Source of the DNA: Mobula hypostoma
Taxonomy: Eukaryota
Reading direction: 5' to 3'
DNA length: 64,000 nt
NCBI RefSeq assembly: GCF_963921235.1
Contig: NC_086097.1
Location: 160,892,001-160,956,000, forward strand
Shown here: piece after piece, positions 26,311 through 41,427 of the stretch
Numbering within the stretch: the stretch's first letter is position 1
Layout: each line of letters opens with the position of its first letter
Translations under genes and position numbers: made by a program
The notes under the pieces: model-generated
The model's input: the letters and a program-made list of their open reading frames with translations, nothing else
Databases searched by the model: none
Told to the model about the DNA's origin: nothing

Positions 26311-27792
26311 ATCTTAGTACCATAAGATAAATAAAATAAAACATAGAAACATAGAAAACCTACAGCACAATACAGGCCTTTTGGCCCACAAAGCTGTGCC
26401 AAACATGTCCTTACCTGAGACATTAACTAGGGTTACCCAAAGCCCTCTATTTTTTTGAGCTCCATAAACCTGTCCAGGAGTCTCTTAAAAGACCCTATCA
26501 GATTCGTCTCCACCACCGTCGCTGGCAGCCCATTCCACACACTCACCAATCTCTGCGTAAAAAACTTTCCCCTGATATCTCCTCTGTACCTACTTCCAAG
26601 CACCTTAAAACTGTGCCCTCTCATGCTAGCCATTTCAGCCCTGGGAAAAAATTGTTTAAAACAAGTTAACACTGTTTTTGAAGAAACTGGCAATGTATTA
26701 ATTTTGCTCTGGAAAAACTCAATATTCCTTGACACCTGTCAGCCTTTTGTGAGTCCATTATTTCACAGTTAAATGACTCCCACTTGTCTGATGTAGGCCT
26801 GTCTCTTCCAGCTTACTTTTACCAGGAGATAAAAAGAGACTGTAGATGGTAGAATCTGGGGTAAAAAGCCAACTTCTAGATGAACTCAGTGGGTCAGGTG
26901 GAGGGAAAAGAACAATCGAGACCCTTCACCTGGACTGAAAGAGCAAAGGGGGATAGTCATTATAAAGTGGCGATGGGAAGGAGTAGGGAAAAAGAGCTGG
27001 CGACTGACAGCGGGATTCAAGTGAAGAAGGATGATAAGCAGGGAAATGTAAAGGGTACCCATGCGTCGGACAAGGATTTGTTTTGCCCTTCTGTCCTCAG
27101 AATGCTTATTACACTGTTTCACCTGGATCCACCTGTCACCTGCCAGCTCTTGTTTCACCCCTTCCCCTCACCTCACTGGCTATGTCCCCTTACACTTTCA
27201 ATCCAGGTGACAGATTTCCACCTGAAATATCAACTGTCTGTTTCCCTCCTCGGATGCTGCCTGACACACTGATTTCCTCTAGCAATTTTTTTATTATACT
27301 TATACCAGATCTTACTTTATTTCAAAATCAGCATTCCCTCAATCCAGGAACTGGGCCATGCATATCCCTTTCCATAACTACCTTTAAATGTATGCTCACT
27401 ATTCAACTAGCTAGTCATCCACTTTCATGTCTACATTCCCTAAAATTAGGTCTATTATCTACTATCTTAAGTCTACTATCTACACACCAGCTCAGAAATC
27501 TCTCCTGCTTGCAGCTGTCAAACTACAGTAATCCTTGTTAATACTGGGGAAGTTGAAATTCCCTGCTGCTATATTTCTATTGTTGGCACACCTCTGTGAC
27601 TTGTCCGCATATCTGCTGTCACTTTGCCCGACTGCTAGAAGGCACGTAATCATCCCCTTTTTGCTGCTAAGTTCTACCCACACGGCCTCATTTCAGTTGT
27701 AAATGACAGTGCCACATTCTCTTTTATGTGCCCCCATTATCAGGCCTGGAGATTCTATAACATGGAATGCTGAGCTATTATGATTATGAATA

Positions 27793-29660
27793 CACGTAGT
27801 CCTCCTTTATTGTCATTTAGTAATGCATGCATTAAGAAATGATACATTATTTCCTCCGGTGTGATATCACAAAACGCAGGACAAACCAAGACTGAAAAAA
27901 CTGACAAAACCACATAATTCTAACATATAGTTACAAACAGTGTAACAATACCATAACTTGATGAAGAAGTCCGTGAGCACAGTAAAGTTCAAAGTTTCTC
28001 AAATGTCCCACATCTCACGCAGACGGGAGAAGGAAGAAAAACTCTCCCTGCCATGCCGACCACAATCTGACCCTGATTCATCCAAAAACTTCGAGCTCTG
28101 ATCAGCTCTCCAACACCGAGTACTGAGCGCCATCTCTGTCCGAACGATTTGACGTCCTTCTCGGTCACCAAAAGCAGGCAAGGCCGGGGATTTTGAGGCC
28201 TACCCTCCGAAAGATTCACGACCACACAGTAACAACAGCAGCGAAAGGGCGTTTCAGAAATTTCTCCAGATGTTCCTCTGTGCTTTCACGTCCATTCTCC
28301 ATCAGTCCTGCTCTCCGTCAACTATGTCCCTGTAAATAACAACATCTCTTCCTTATCCCCTTCTAGAGAGTCCATATTTCTTTGTAGGTGAAGCAACAAA
28401 TCTCCCAACCTAGTGTTCAAAATGTGATCCACAAAGTGGTTTCCTCTACACTGAAGAAACTAAACACAGGCAAAAACTTTGCAAAAATCTGCATGTAGTC
28501 TACAGGTGGGTCAGATCAGAGGCATTCAAGTCTGGTGACCAGGAAAGTTACAAGAGGTCCAGGTACGATCTCTGGAAAGCCATCTCATGGGCAAAGTGGC
28601 AATTCTGGGCTAAACTCGAATCAACAAAGCATGTTCAACAGTTGTGGCAGGGGATGAATGCTATTACTGCTTATAAAGTTTAATCAAGTAATACAGACAA
28701 CAACAGGGCTTCGCTTCCAGATGAGCTCAATGCCTTCAATGCTCACTTTGAGCGTCAAAACATGGAGGAAGTATCACAAACACTCACACTTCCCGATGAT
28801 CCTGTGATTTCAGTCTTTCAGACGTTTGTGCAGCAGCCTTCAGATGGGTGAGCCCACAGAATGCGTCCGACCCAGACGAGGTACCTGGCCGAGTACTGAT
28901 CAACTGGCTGGAGTGTTCATTGAGATCTATAAATGTCTTACTGCGGCAGTCAGAGGTGACTACTTGCTTCAAGCAGGCTTCAGTTACACTGGTGCCGAAG
29001 AAGAACATGGTGAGCTGCCTCAATGAAAATCGTCCAGTCGCACTTACATCCACTGTGAAGTAGCACTTTGAGAGGCTGCTGACGAAACATGTTCAACTCC
29101 TGACTGAAAAGCAACTTGTCTACCAGAGCAACAGATCCACAACAAATGCCATCTCATCTGCTGCTGTGTGGTCCAGAATCCCTGGAGGGGAAGGCCCTGA
29201 GTCCTCGGCTTTGCTTGCTGCTCGACGGCCAGGGCGGGCTCAAAGCACTCAGCAGAAGATGGAGCTCGGAAAGGCTGTGTCGGAGGGGCTGGTCAGAGGC
29301 TCAAAGTTTTCAGACAGACTCAGAGTCCGCTGCGGTTGGGTGCTTCCAATGGTGCTGCATCGGCAAGTTGGCAGTGCTTGGAGGGTCATGGCAGAAGAGT
29401 TCCTCCCTTCTACCGTCTGCGTGAGATGATGAGCCTATTGGGACTTCGAGACTTTTTTTTTACCATGCCCATGGTCTGCTCTTTATCAAATTATTGTATT
29501 GCTTTGCACTGTTGTAACTATATGTTGTAATTATGTGGGTTTGTCAGTTTTAGTCTTGGTTTATCCTGTGTTTCCTTGTGATATCATTCTGGAGGAACAT
29601 TGTATCATTTTTTAATGCATGCATTTCTAAATGACAACAAACAAAGACTGAGTGTCCTCA
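27793..29660. repeat. Two oppositely oriented copies of one ~450-500 bp repeat (about 27793-28305 minus, 29165-29660 plus) around and inside a Rex1-like LINE
   Basis: For example tttattgtcatttagtaatgcatgcattaagaaatgatac versus gtatcattttttaatgcatgcatttctaaatgacaac. Confidence 0.65.
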
Positions 29661-30870
29661 TAATCTAATTTACTCTTCACTCTTCACTCAATCCTGGAAC
29701 ATCAGGATTACTCTTTATTGACTACAGTTCAGCATTCAATACCATCATCCCCTCAAAACTAATCAATACACTTCAAGACCTTGGCCTCAATACTTCCTTG
29801 TACAATTGGATCCTCGATTTAACAACACACACAAAATTCTGGAGGAACTCAGTAGGCCAGGCAGCATCTAGGAAAAGAGTACAGTCGATGTTTCCAAAAG
29901 GTTTTGGCCCAAAACGTCAGCTGTACTCTTTTCCTAGATGCTGCCTGGCCTGTTGAGTTCTCTAGCATCTGCAGATTTTCTCTTGTTTATGATTTCCTCA
30001 CTTGCAGACCCCAGTCATTTTGGACTGGCAAGAACATCTCCACAATCTCCATCAGCATAGGTGCATCACAAGGCTGTGTCTTAGCCCTTTGCTCTACACA
30101 TTTACACTCCAATGCCATATTAAAGTTTGCTGACAACACCACTCTCTTAGGCCAAATCAATGGTGATGATGACTCAGTATAGGAGAGAGATTGAAAATCT
30201 GGAGTGGTGCCATAACAAAAATTCCTTACTTAATGTTAGAAAGACCAAGGAGCTGATTATTGACTTCAGGAGGAGGAAACCAGTCCTCATTGGAGGATCA
30301 GAGGTAGAGAGGGTCAGCAACTTTAAATTTCTCAGTGCAACTATTTTGGATGAACAGTTCTGGGCCGGGCACATAAGTGCAATTACGAAGAAAGCACAGC
30401 AGTGCCTTTATTTCTTTAGAATTTTGTGAAGATTTGGCATGACATCTAAAACGTTGACAAACTTCTATAATGGAGAGTATATGACTGGCTGCATCACAGC
30501 CTAGTTTTGAAACACCATTTCCCTTGAATGGAAAACCCTACAAAAAATAGTAGATATGGCCCGTTGGATTACACGGGTAAAACCCTCCCCACCACTGAGC
30601 ACATGCCATATAAAGCATTGTCTCAGGAAGCCCACCTGCTCCCTTCTTGCTGCTGCCGTCAGGAGGAAGGTACCAGAGCCTCAGGACTCACAGTACCAGG
30701 TTCAGGAACAGTTACTACCCCTCAACCATCAGGCTTTTGAACCAGAGGGGATAACTTCACTCAATTTCGCTTGCCCCATCATTGAAACGTTTCCACAATC
30801 TATGGATTCACTTTCAATGAGTCTTCATCTCATGTTTTCAATATTTATTGCTCAGTTATTTATCGCAACC
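28510..30870 (+). mobile_element. Interrupted Rex1/Babar-like LINE
   Basis: CFKQASVTLVPKK..CLNENRPVALTS; GASQGCVL; KFADNTT; KTKELIIDFRR. Confidence 0.8.
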
Positions 30871-32034
30871 TTGCTGCTAGCAACATTTAATAGGTAGACA
30901 TAGAAACACAGTCTAATTTTAAATGCTACATTTGGTCTCAAATATCAGAGATACTCCCCTTGTTTTATCTATTGTCGGCCCCATGGGAGCGGGGAGAAGA
31001 GAAAATGTCCGGGGTGGGTGAGATCTTTGATTATGCTGGCTGCTTTACCAAGCCAGATAGAAGTATATCGAGAGTCCACGGAGGAGAGGCTGTTTTTTTG
31101 TGAAGCGCCGAGCTGAGTTGAGTATATTTCTCACTCATATGGTTTTGCTTACTATCTGATACAGACTGACTGACATAAACACAAAAGATTCGGCAGATGC
31201 AGGAAATCCAGAACAACACGTGCAAGATGCTGAGGAACTCAGCAGGTTGGATAGCCTCTATGGAAATGAATAAACAGTTGACATTTGGGCCAAGGTCCTT
31301 CATCAGGATTCTAGACTGGCAGCCAGTGCATTAGGGCAGGGACTAAGTCCCTTGACCAGGTTATATTCTGTGCCTTTCCTACTCAAAGCACTCAATTTTG
31401 TTGAACATGAAGGATTATCTATATAGTGACGTGGAGAAAAATGTAGATGGGTTGGTCAGTAAGTTTTCAGACAACATAAATATTGGTGGCATTATAGAAA
31501 GTGAAGAAGATCATCAAAGGATACATTAGGAGATAGATCAATTACAGATGTCGCAGAGAGATGAAGATTAATCTGGGAAAGTGTAAGGTGTTACACTTTC
31601 TGAGGTCAGGTTTAAGGGGAAGTATACAGCTCCTGGCGGGATCCTTAACAACATTGATGTACAGAAGGATCTTGGGTTCCATTTCCATAGCTCTCTGATA
31701 ACGGCTGCACAAGTTAATAGATTGGTAAGGGTGGTATGCACAGTGAGTATGGGAATCAGGAAGCCATACTACAGTTGTATCAAACGTTCGTTAAGCCACT
31801 CTTGGTGTATTTCTGGACACCCATTACAGGAAGGGTATAGAGATTTTGGAGGGAATGCACAAGAGCTTTACCAGGATGCTGCCTGGATTAGAATGTATGA
31901 GCTATGAGGAGAGGTTGAACAAACTTGGATTATTTTCTCTGGTGCATTGGAGGTTCATGGGAGACCTAAGAGAAGTTTATAAACATTATGAGGGGCACAG
32001 AAAGGGTAGATGGCCAGTGTTAGCTATTACAGAA

Positions 32035-35030
32035 CATAGGTTTACATAGAAAATAGGTGCAGGAGTAGGCAATTCAGCCTGCACCGCCATTCAGTATGAT
32101 CATGGCTGATCATCCAACTCAGAACCCTGTACCTGCCTTCTCTCCATACACCCTGATCCCTTTAGCCACAAGGGCCATATCTAACTCCCTCTTAAATATA
32201 GCCAATCAACAGGCCTCAACTGTTTCCTGTGGCAGAGAATTCCACAGATTCACCACTCTCTGTGTGAAGAAATTTTTCCTCATCTCGGTCCTACAAGACT
32301 TCCCCTTTATCCTCAAACCCCCGTTCTGGACTTCCCCAACATCGGGAAAAATCTTCCTGCATCTAGCCTGTCCAATCCCTTTAGAATTTTATATGTTTCA
32401 ATAAGATCCCCCCTCAATCTTCTAAATTCCAGTGAGTATGAGCCTAGTCGATCCAGTCTTTCTTCATATGAAAGTCCTGCCATCCCAGGAATCAATCTGG
32501 TGAACCTTCTTTGTACTCCCTCTATGGCAAGAATGTCTTTCCTCAGATTAGGGGACCAAAACTGCACACAATACTCTAGGTGTGGTCTCACCAAGGCCTT
32601 GTACAACTGCAGTAGAACCTCCCTGCTCCTGTACTCGAATCCTCTTGCTATGAATACCAGCATACCATTCACCTTTTTCACCGCCTGCTGTACCTGCATG
32701 CCCACTTTCAATGACAGGTGTACAATGGCACCCAGGTCTCGTTGCACCTCCCCTTTTCCTAATCAGCCACCATTCAGATAATAATCTGTTTTCCTGTTCT
32801 TACCACCAAAATGGATAACCTCACATTTATCCACATTAAATTGCATCTGCCATGAATTTTCCCACTCACTTAACCTATCCAAGTCACCCTGCATCCTTTT
32901 TCATCCTCCTCACAGCTAACACTGCCACCCAGCTTCGTGTCATCCACAAACTTGGAGATGCTGCATTTAATTCCCTCGTCTAAGTCATTAATATATATTG
33001 TAAACAACTGGGGTCCCAGCACTGAGCCTTGCGGTACCCTACTAGTCACTGCCTGCCATTCTGAAAAGGTCCCGTTTATTCCCACTCTTTGCTTCCTGTC
33101 TGCCAACCAATTCTCTATCCACATCAATACCATACCCCCAATACCGTGTGCTTTAAGTTTGCACACTAATCTCCTGTGTGGGACCTTGTCAAAAGCCTTT
33201 TGAAAATCCAAATATACCACATCCACTGGTTCTCCCCTATCCACTCTACTAGTTACATCCTCAAAAAATTCTATGAGATTCATCAGACATGATTTTCCTT
33301 TCACAAATCCATGCTGACTTTGTCCGATGATTTCACTGCTTTCCAAATGTGCTGTTATCACATCTTTGATAACTGACTCTAGCATATTCCCCACCACTGA
33401 TGTCAGGCTAATCGGTCTATAATTCCCCAGTTACTCTCTCCCTCCTTTTTTAAAAAGCGGGATTACATAAGCCACCCTCCAATCCTCAGGAACTAGTCCA
33501 GAATCTAAAGAGTTTTGAAAAATTATCACTAATGCATCCACTATTTCTTGGGCCACTTCCTTAAGCACTCTGGGATGCAGACCATCTGGCCCTGGGGATT
33601 TATCTGCCTTTAACCCTTTCAATTTACCTAACACCACTTCCCTACTAACATGTATTTCCCTCAGTTCCTCCATCTCACTAGACCCTCGGTCCCCTACTAT
33701 TTCCGGAAGATTATTTATGTCCTCCTTAGTGAAGACAGAACCAAAGTAGTTATTCAATTGGTCTGCCATGTCCTTGTTCCCCATGATCAATTCACCTGTT
33801 TCTGACTGTAAGGGACCTACATTTGTCAAAGCAATCTTTTTCTTTTCACATATCTATAAAAGTTTTTACAGTCAGTTTTTATGTTCCCTGCCAGCTTTCT
33901 CTCATAATCTTTTTTCCCTTTCCTAATTAAGCCCTTTGTCCTCTTCTGCTGGACTCTGAATTTCTCCCAGTCCTCAGGTGTGCCACTTTTTCTGGCTAAT
34001 TTGTATGTTTCTTCTTTGAAATTGATACTATCTCTAATTTCCCTTGTCAGCCACGGGTGCACTACCTTCCCTGATTTATTCTTTTGCCAAACTGGGATGA
34101 ACAATTGTTGTAGTTCATCCATGCGATCTTTAAATGCTTGCCATTGCATATCCACCGTCAACCCTTTAAGTATCATTTGCCAGTCTATCTTAGCTAATTC
34201 ATATCTCATACCTTCAAAGTTACCCTTCTTTAAGTTCAGAACCTTTGTTTCTGAATTAACTATGTCACTCTCCATCTTAATGAAGAATTCCACCATATTA
34301 TGGTCACTCTTACCAAGGGGCCTCTCATGACAAGATTGCTAACTAACCCTTGCTCATTGCTCAATACCCAGTTTAGAATGGCCTGCTGTCTAGTTGGTTC
34401 CTCGACATGTTGGTTCAGAAAACCATCCCGCATACATTCCAAGAAATCCTCTTCCTCAGCACCCTTACTAATTTGGTTCACCCAATCTATATGTAGATTG
34501 AAGATACCCATTATAACTGCTGTTCCTTTATTTCACACATTTCTAATTTCCTGTTTAATGCCATCCCCAACCTCACTACTACAGTTAGGTGGCCTGTACA
34601 CAACTCCCACCAGCGTTTTCTGCCCCTTAGTGTTATGCAGCTCTACCCATATTGATTCCACATCCTTCAGGCTAACGTCCTTCCTTTCTAATGTGTTAAT
34701 CTCCTCTCTAACCAGCAACGCTACCCCACTTCCTTTTCTTTCATGTCTATCCCTCCTGAATATTGAATATCCTTGAATGTTGAGCTCCCATCCTTGGTCA
34801 CCCTGGAGCCACGTCTCTGTGATGCTAACTGTATCATATTCATTAATAACTATCTGCACATTCAATTCATCCACCTTGTTACGAATGCTCCTTGCATTGC
34901 CACACAAAGCTTTCAGGCTTGCTTTTACAACACTCTTAGCCCTTATACAATTATGTTGAAAAGTGGCCCTTTCTGATTTTTGCCCTGGATTTGCCTGCCT
35001 GCCACTTTTACTTTTCACCTTACTACTTTA
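32035..35030 (-). mobile_element. Long CR1 LINE ORF2 (APE endonuclease and RT), broken by frameshifts
   Basis: Consecutive minus-strand ORFs 34533-35018 (NARSIRNK, ITETWL, VGVVYRPP), 33826-34296, 33431-33829 (KSPGPDGLHPRVLKE), 32870-33397 (YLDFQKAFDKV, VPQGSVLGP, KFVDD) and 32313-32747. Confidence 0.93.
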
Positions 35031-38000
35031 AGATTGTAAAGAACACACATATATTAAAAACGAACCCTAACAATTAAATATTTAAAAAATCCCTATTTAC
35101 AGCTCCCGGTAGCTGACTTCTTCCATTTATTTGAACAGACTGATTGTACTTACAGCTATTTCCTACCCGGGAGCTGTGAAACCCATTGCAGTTTGTCTGG
35201 CTCTTCTGGATACCACTCAGAGTCACTAGTATAGGATGGAAGGTACCCTGCAAGCCCAGGCCAACTCTAGCACTGGAAATTAGGACTTCCTCTGAGAAAG
35301 ACCAGTAGTTAATTCACAGTATGCCTGCTGGCCTGAGAACAGAACATCTCCCCCATTACTTTGAAGAACTAGCTGCATTGCTTAAAGCTTGAAAACAAAA
35401 TAAGATAAAACAGAAAGGCTTGCACATATAAAGTACTTTCATATCATCCTAAGGCGCTTTACACTCAAGGCACATTCTTAAAGTGTAGTTATTGTTTCTT
35501 ACTCTATATTTTATGCACAACAAACTCACTCAAACAGGAATGTAGTACAGAATTGGGAATATGTTTTAGTAATGCTGAATGAGGACGATTTTGGCCAGAG
35601 CCTAGGGGATAACACACCTGCTCAGTTTTCTTCAGAGAAATGCCTAAAATTATTCAAGGTCACTTAGCGGGGTTGGTAGAGTATCAATTTAATGCTTAAT
35701 GTGAAAGAATATTCCAGCAATACAATACTCTCTCAGTACTGCCCTCACCAATTTCAAAACAGGTCATTATTACATTGTAACACACACAAAATATTGGAAG
35801 AACTCGGTAGGAGTTGGGAACCGGATAGGATAGGATGGATGGTAAAAAGGTAAAGGTAGCGTGCAGTCAGATTGTCAGGAAAGGCAGGCAGGTGATGGGA
35901 CTTAATTGCAGCCAACAGGGATGCAGAACCAGAAAGGATAGCAAATATGGTCCTCAAGGTGTGTATCTAAATGTGTGTAGTATAAGAAATAAGGTGGATG
36001 ATCTTGTTGCAATATTACAGATTGCCAGGTATGATGCTGTGGCCGTAATCTCTAATCAAAAGACAGCAAACTTTGTCACATAGGCTCGATCAGAAATGAA
36101 TAGTAGATTTTGTTCTCTAAGGGACCGTGAGTGAACTGGTGCAGGTTCTGTAACATTTAGGCTGTAAAGTTGTAACTAGGAAGTGCTCTAATACCGTAAT
36201 CAGTTCTTGCCCTTCAATGATTTACTGTTTATACAGTTTTAAGCAGGAAGCAGTGCTTAAAGTAAAATAGGAGGGAGGGTATGTTGTGATGTCATTTTGG
36301 ATTCTAGAATAAGATATACAGTAGATTGAGTAGGAAAAGATTAGCAAGTGGAATTTAAAGAGGAAAAATGTAAAGCCATGCATTTTGCAAAGAGAAAACA
36401 AAAGACAGATCAGTATCTAAGAGAAGAGAATTTGCAGATGAATGAAGTTTATAGGGATCTTGGTGTATATGCACACTACACAGGAAGTTAACAGACGCGT
36501 ACAGCAAGTAGTTAGGAAGGCATTTGGCATATTGGCTCTTCTTGCAAAGTGGTTAAGAGTTTAAAATAGGGAAGTCCTGTTACAGAGACAGCTGAAGTAC
36601 TGCACACAATTTTCATCTCTTATTTATGAAAGAAGATATTAGTGTTGGAGGTAGTCTTAAAAAAAGATTCACCTGACTAATTCCTGGAACACAAGAAATA
36701 TCATACATGAGTGGTTAAGAATAGTTGAATCTGTCCTTGGAGTTTAGAATAAGGAGGGTCATTGAAGTACACAAGATCCTAAGGGAGCAGCACAGGATAG
36801 ACCCTGAGATGGTGAAAGGGCTTGATAGAGTGGATGTAAAGAGGATGTTTCCTGTGATGGGAGAGTCTAAGACCAGAGGGGACAGCCTCAAAAGAGAGGG
36901 GCATCCTTTTAGAACAGAGATGATAAGGAATTTCTGAGTGATGAATCTGTGGAATTCTTTACAACAGACACCTGTGGAGGCCTAGCCTTTATGTGTATTT
37001 AATATAAAGATTGATAGATTCTTGATCGGTCAGGGCATGAAGAGGTACTGGAAGAAGGCAGAAGATTGGGGCTGAGAGGAAAATTGGGTCAGCCATGATG
37101 AAATGGCAGAGTAGATTAGATAGGCCAAATGGCCTAATTTTGCTCCTATATCTTGTATAAAATGATGAGAGGCATTGATCGTATAGATAATCAGAGGCTT
37201 TTTCCCAGGCTGAATTGGCTAACACGAGAGGGCACAGTTTTAAGGTGCTTGGAAGTAAGTACAGAGGAGATGTCAGAAGTAAGTTTTTTATGCAGAGAGT
37301 GGTGAGTGCGTGGAATAGGCTGCCGTCGACGGTGGTGAAGGCGAATACGATGGGGTCTTTTAAGAGACTCCTGGATAGGTACATGGAGCTTAGAAAAATA
37401 GAGGTAACCCTAGATAATTTCCAAAGTCAGCACAGCATTGTGGGCCAAAGGGCCTGTATTGTGCTGTAGGTTTTCTATGTTTCTATCACTGAATCGTGGC
37501 GGAAGGATGGTTGTAGTTGGGAGCTGAATGTCCAAGGTTACACGCTATATCGGAGGGATAGGAAGGTAGGCAGAGGGGATGGTGTGACATAGGATCGGAA
37601 GATGTTTGAATCCTTGTGGGGTGAGTTAAGAAACTGCATGGGTAAAAAGACATTGATGGCAGTTATATACAGACCTCCCAACAGTGGCTGGGAGGTGGAT
37701 CAAAGGTTACAACAGGAAATAAGGCGGATCAAAAGAGCAATGCAATGATAGTCATGGGAGGTTTTAACATGCAGTTCAATTAGGAAAATCAGGTTGGTAA
37801 TGGATCTCAAGAAAGTGAGTTTGTTGAATGCCTAAGAGATAGCTTTTTAGAGCAGTTTGTCATTGAACATACTAGAGGATCAGCTATACTGGATTGTATG
37901 TTATGTTACGAACCGGAGGCGATTAGGGAGCTTATGGTAAAAGAACCCTTAGGAACCAGTGATCACAATATGATTGTGTTCAACTTGAAATTTGATAGGG

Positions 38001-39277
38001 AGAAAGTAAAGTCTGATATAGCAGTATTTCAGTGGAGTAAGGGAAATTACAATGGTATGAGAGAGGAGTTTGCCAAAGTAAATTGGATGGAGCCGCTGGC
38101 AGGGACGTCAGCAGAACAGCAATGGCGTGCGTTTCTGAGAAAAGTGAGGAAGGTGCAGGACATGTATATTCCAAAAATGAAGAAATACTCAAATGGTAAA
38201 ATAGTACAACCGTGGCTTACAAGAGAAGTCAATGCTATTGTAAAAGCAAGAGGAAGGGCATACAGCAAAGCAAAAATTAGTGGGAAGGTAGAGGATTGGG
38301 AAGTTTTCAAAAAACTACAGAGATCAACTAAAAACATTATTAGAAGGGGGAAGTTGAAATATGAAAGCAAACTAGCAAATAATATCAAAGTAGATAGTAA
38401 AAGTTTTTTCAAGTATGTTAAAAATAAAAGAGAAATGAGAGTAGATAAAGGACTGCTAGAAAATGAGGGAGGATAAATAATAACGGGGGACAAGGAGATG
38501 CTGATGAACTAAATGTGTATTGTGCATCAGCCTTCACTGTGGAAGTCACGAGCAGTATGCCTGATTTTGTAGTGTGTGAAGGAAGAGAGGTAGGTGCCAT
38601 TACTATTACAAGAGAGAAGATGCTGAAAAAGCTGAAAGACCTAGAAGTAGATAAGTCACCCGGACCAGATGAACTGCACCCTAGGGTTCGGAAGGAGGTA
38701 GGGTTAGAGATTGTGGTGGCATTAGAAATGATTTTTCAAAAATTATTGGACTCTGGCATAGTGCCAGAGGACTGGAAAATTGCAAATATCACTCCACTCT
38801 TTAAGAAAGGAGGAAGGCAGCAGAAAGGAAATTAATAGACCAGTTAGCCTGACCTCAGTAGTTGGGAAGAAGCTAGAGTCAATTGTTAAGGATGAGGTGA
38901 TGGAGTACTTGGTTACACAGGACAAGATAGGACAAAGTCAGCATGGTTTCCTTCAGGGAAAATCCTGCCTAATGAACCTGGTGGAATTCTTTCAGGAGAT
39001 TACAAGTAGCATAGATAAAGGGGATACAGTGGATATTATATATTTGGATTTTCAGAAGGCCTAAGTCAAGGTGCCACACATGAGGCTGCTTACTAAGTTA
39101 AGACCCCATAGTATTACAGGAAAGTTACTAACATGGTTAGAGCATTGGCTGTTCGATAGGAGGCGGTGAGTGGGAATAAAAGGATCCTTTTCTGGTTCGC
39201 TACCAGTGACTAGTTTTGTCCCACGGGGGCTGGTGTTGGGACCACTTATTTTTATGCTGTATATAAATGATTTAGAT

Positions 39278-39579
39278 CAGTGGTCCCCAACCTTCGGGCC
39301 GCGAAGAATGCAGCGGTACAGCGGTAGCTGGAGCGCACCCAGCACATCTTTAAGAAAAAAGCCAAAATAAATAAGCTAATTGATTAGGTGCCACCCTAAT
39401 TGATTAGGAGGCGCCTCTGATCTGGGCCGACATTTACTTGCTGGGCAGCACCTAATCAATTAGCTTGTTTATTTCAGCTTTTTTCTTAAAGGTGTGCTGG
39501 GTACATTCCAGCTACCGCTGCACCGCTGCATTCTTCACAGCCCGGTATCGGTCCACAGCCCGGAGGTTGAGGACCACTG
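39278..39579. mobile_element. hAT-type MITE (302 bp)
   Basis: TIRs cagtggtccccaacc / ggttgaggaccactg; 8-bp TSD atttagat at 39270-39277 and 39580-39587; internally palindromic. Confidence 0.92.
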
Positions 39580-40385
39580 ATTTAGATGATCGAATAGAAG
39601 GCTTTTTTGCCAAGCTTGCAGATGATACGAAGATTAGTGGAGGGGCAGGTGGTGTTGAGGAAACAGGTAGGATGTAGAAAGACTTGGACAGATTAGGAGC
39701 ATGAGCAAGAAAATGGGAAACAAAATACAATGTTGGAAAATGCATGGTCATGCACTTTAGTAGTAGAAATAAATGTGTGGACTATTTTCTAAATGGGGAG
39801 AAAATCCAGGAATCTAAGATGCAGGGAGACTTGAGAGTCCTTGGGCAGAACACCCTGAAGGTTAACTTGCAGGTTCAGTCAGTGGTGAGGAAGGTAAATG
39901 CAATGTTAGCATTCATTTCAACAGGTCTAGAATTCAAGAGCAAGGATGTGATGCTGAGCCTTTGTAAGGGACTGGAGAGGCCTCACCTTGAGTATTGTGA
40001 ACAGTTTTGGGCCCCTCATCTTAGAAGAGATATGCTGGCATTAGAGACGGTCCAGAGGACGTTCACGAGGATGATTCCAGGAATGAAACGGTTATCATAC
40101 AAGGAACGTTTGATGGCTCCGGGTCTGTACTCGCTGGAATCCAGAAGGATGAGGATCTCATTGAAACCTTTCGAATGATGAAAGGTCTAGACAGGGTAGA
40201 TGTGGAAAGGATGTTTCCCATGGTGGTAGAGCCTAGGACAAGAGGGCACACCCTCAGGATAGAGGGGCACCCTTTCAAAACAGAGATGCAGAGAAATTTC
40301 TTTAGCCAAAGTGTGGTGAATTTGTGGAACTTGTTGCCACATGCAGCTGTGGAGGCCAGATGGTTGGGTGTATTTAAGGCAGAGA

Positions 40386-41427
40386 TGTCATAAGGTGGTG
40401 GCTGGGAACAGACCCAAGTGCAAGACACAGACACTGAAGTACTAGGGACAGGACTAGGACACAGGGTGAGGGTAAGGACATGGACATGAAAACCAGAAAC
40501 CCGGAACAGGACTGGACAAGAGAGTTAGGAACCAGGGCTTGGACTCCAAGCCAGAGACTGAATAAGGACGCAGAATCTGGGTCTTGCCTCTGGCTCGGAC
40601 CCCAGAACCGGGCAAGGACGTGACTTGGCTGGCAGGCAAGACAAGGCTGGAGTCTTCAGGCTTGAGACTCGAGGTAAGGCTTGAGATTTGAGATGAGGCT
40701 GGAGACCAGAGACTTGAGACTAGAGGCTTGAGGCTTGGGGTCTTGAAGCTTGGCATGAGGCGAGGCTCAGCTAGAGGCTTGGGGTCTTGAAGCTCCTCCT
40801 GGGCAGGGCGCGGATCTCCACCTGACGGAGGCAAGGGACAGGAAGGGACAGAAACCACCACAGGGTAAGGGCAATATGGCCTGGCTTACCCGACGGAGGC
40901 AAGGGACAGGAAGGGACAGAACCAACCGCAGGTAATGGCAAGACGGCCTGGCTTACCCGACGGAGGCAAGGGACAGGAAGGGACAGAACCAACTGTAGGT
41001 AACAGCAACACAGCCTGGCTTACCCAACGGAGGCAAGGGACAGAAAGGGACAGAACCCACTGCAGGGTAATGGCAATATGGCCTGGCCTACCCGACGGAG
41101 GCAAGGGACAGGAAGGGAGCTAGGTACAGGGTGGCTCCAAGACAAGACTACAGGCGAGGCGAGGCGAGAGTTACCAGCAAGACAAGGCAGGGCTTCAAGC
41201 AAGGAAACAGAAGGGAGGGGAAGGGATACAAGGAGTAAGGACAAGAACAATCCAGCAGCCATGCCCCTGGTTTCTTGAGGTATTTATGCAGCCAGCCCCA
41301 ACAAGAATCAGCTGCCTCAATTAGTGCTCAACAGAAACAGAAACAGGGTAGACAGGAAAACCTGGAGCAAGGGTCGATGGACCAGACCGTGAACCGGAAT
41401 GCGGACTTCACGGACCGAACCATGACA
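40386..41427. mobile_element. Solo LTR (1042 bp)
   Basis: TGTCAT...ATGACA termini; 5-bp TSD agaga at 40381-40385 and 41428-41432. Confidence 0.85.
40818..41118 (+). repeat. Tandem repeat inside the solo LTR, 67-68 bp unit, about 4.5 copies
   Basis: ggaggcaagggacag recurs at 40827, 40895, 40962, 41029 and 41097. Confidence 0.9.

Noticed and set aside
40818..41118. CRISPR-like array
   Set aside because: The spacers are homologous to each other, so it is a plain tandem repeat inside an LTR in a vertebrate genome.
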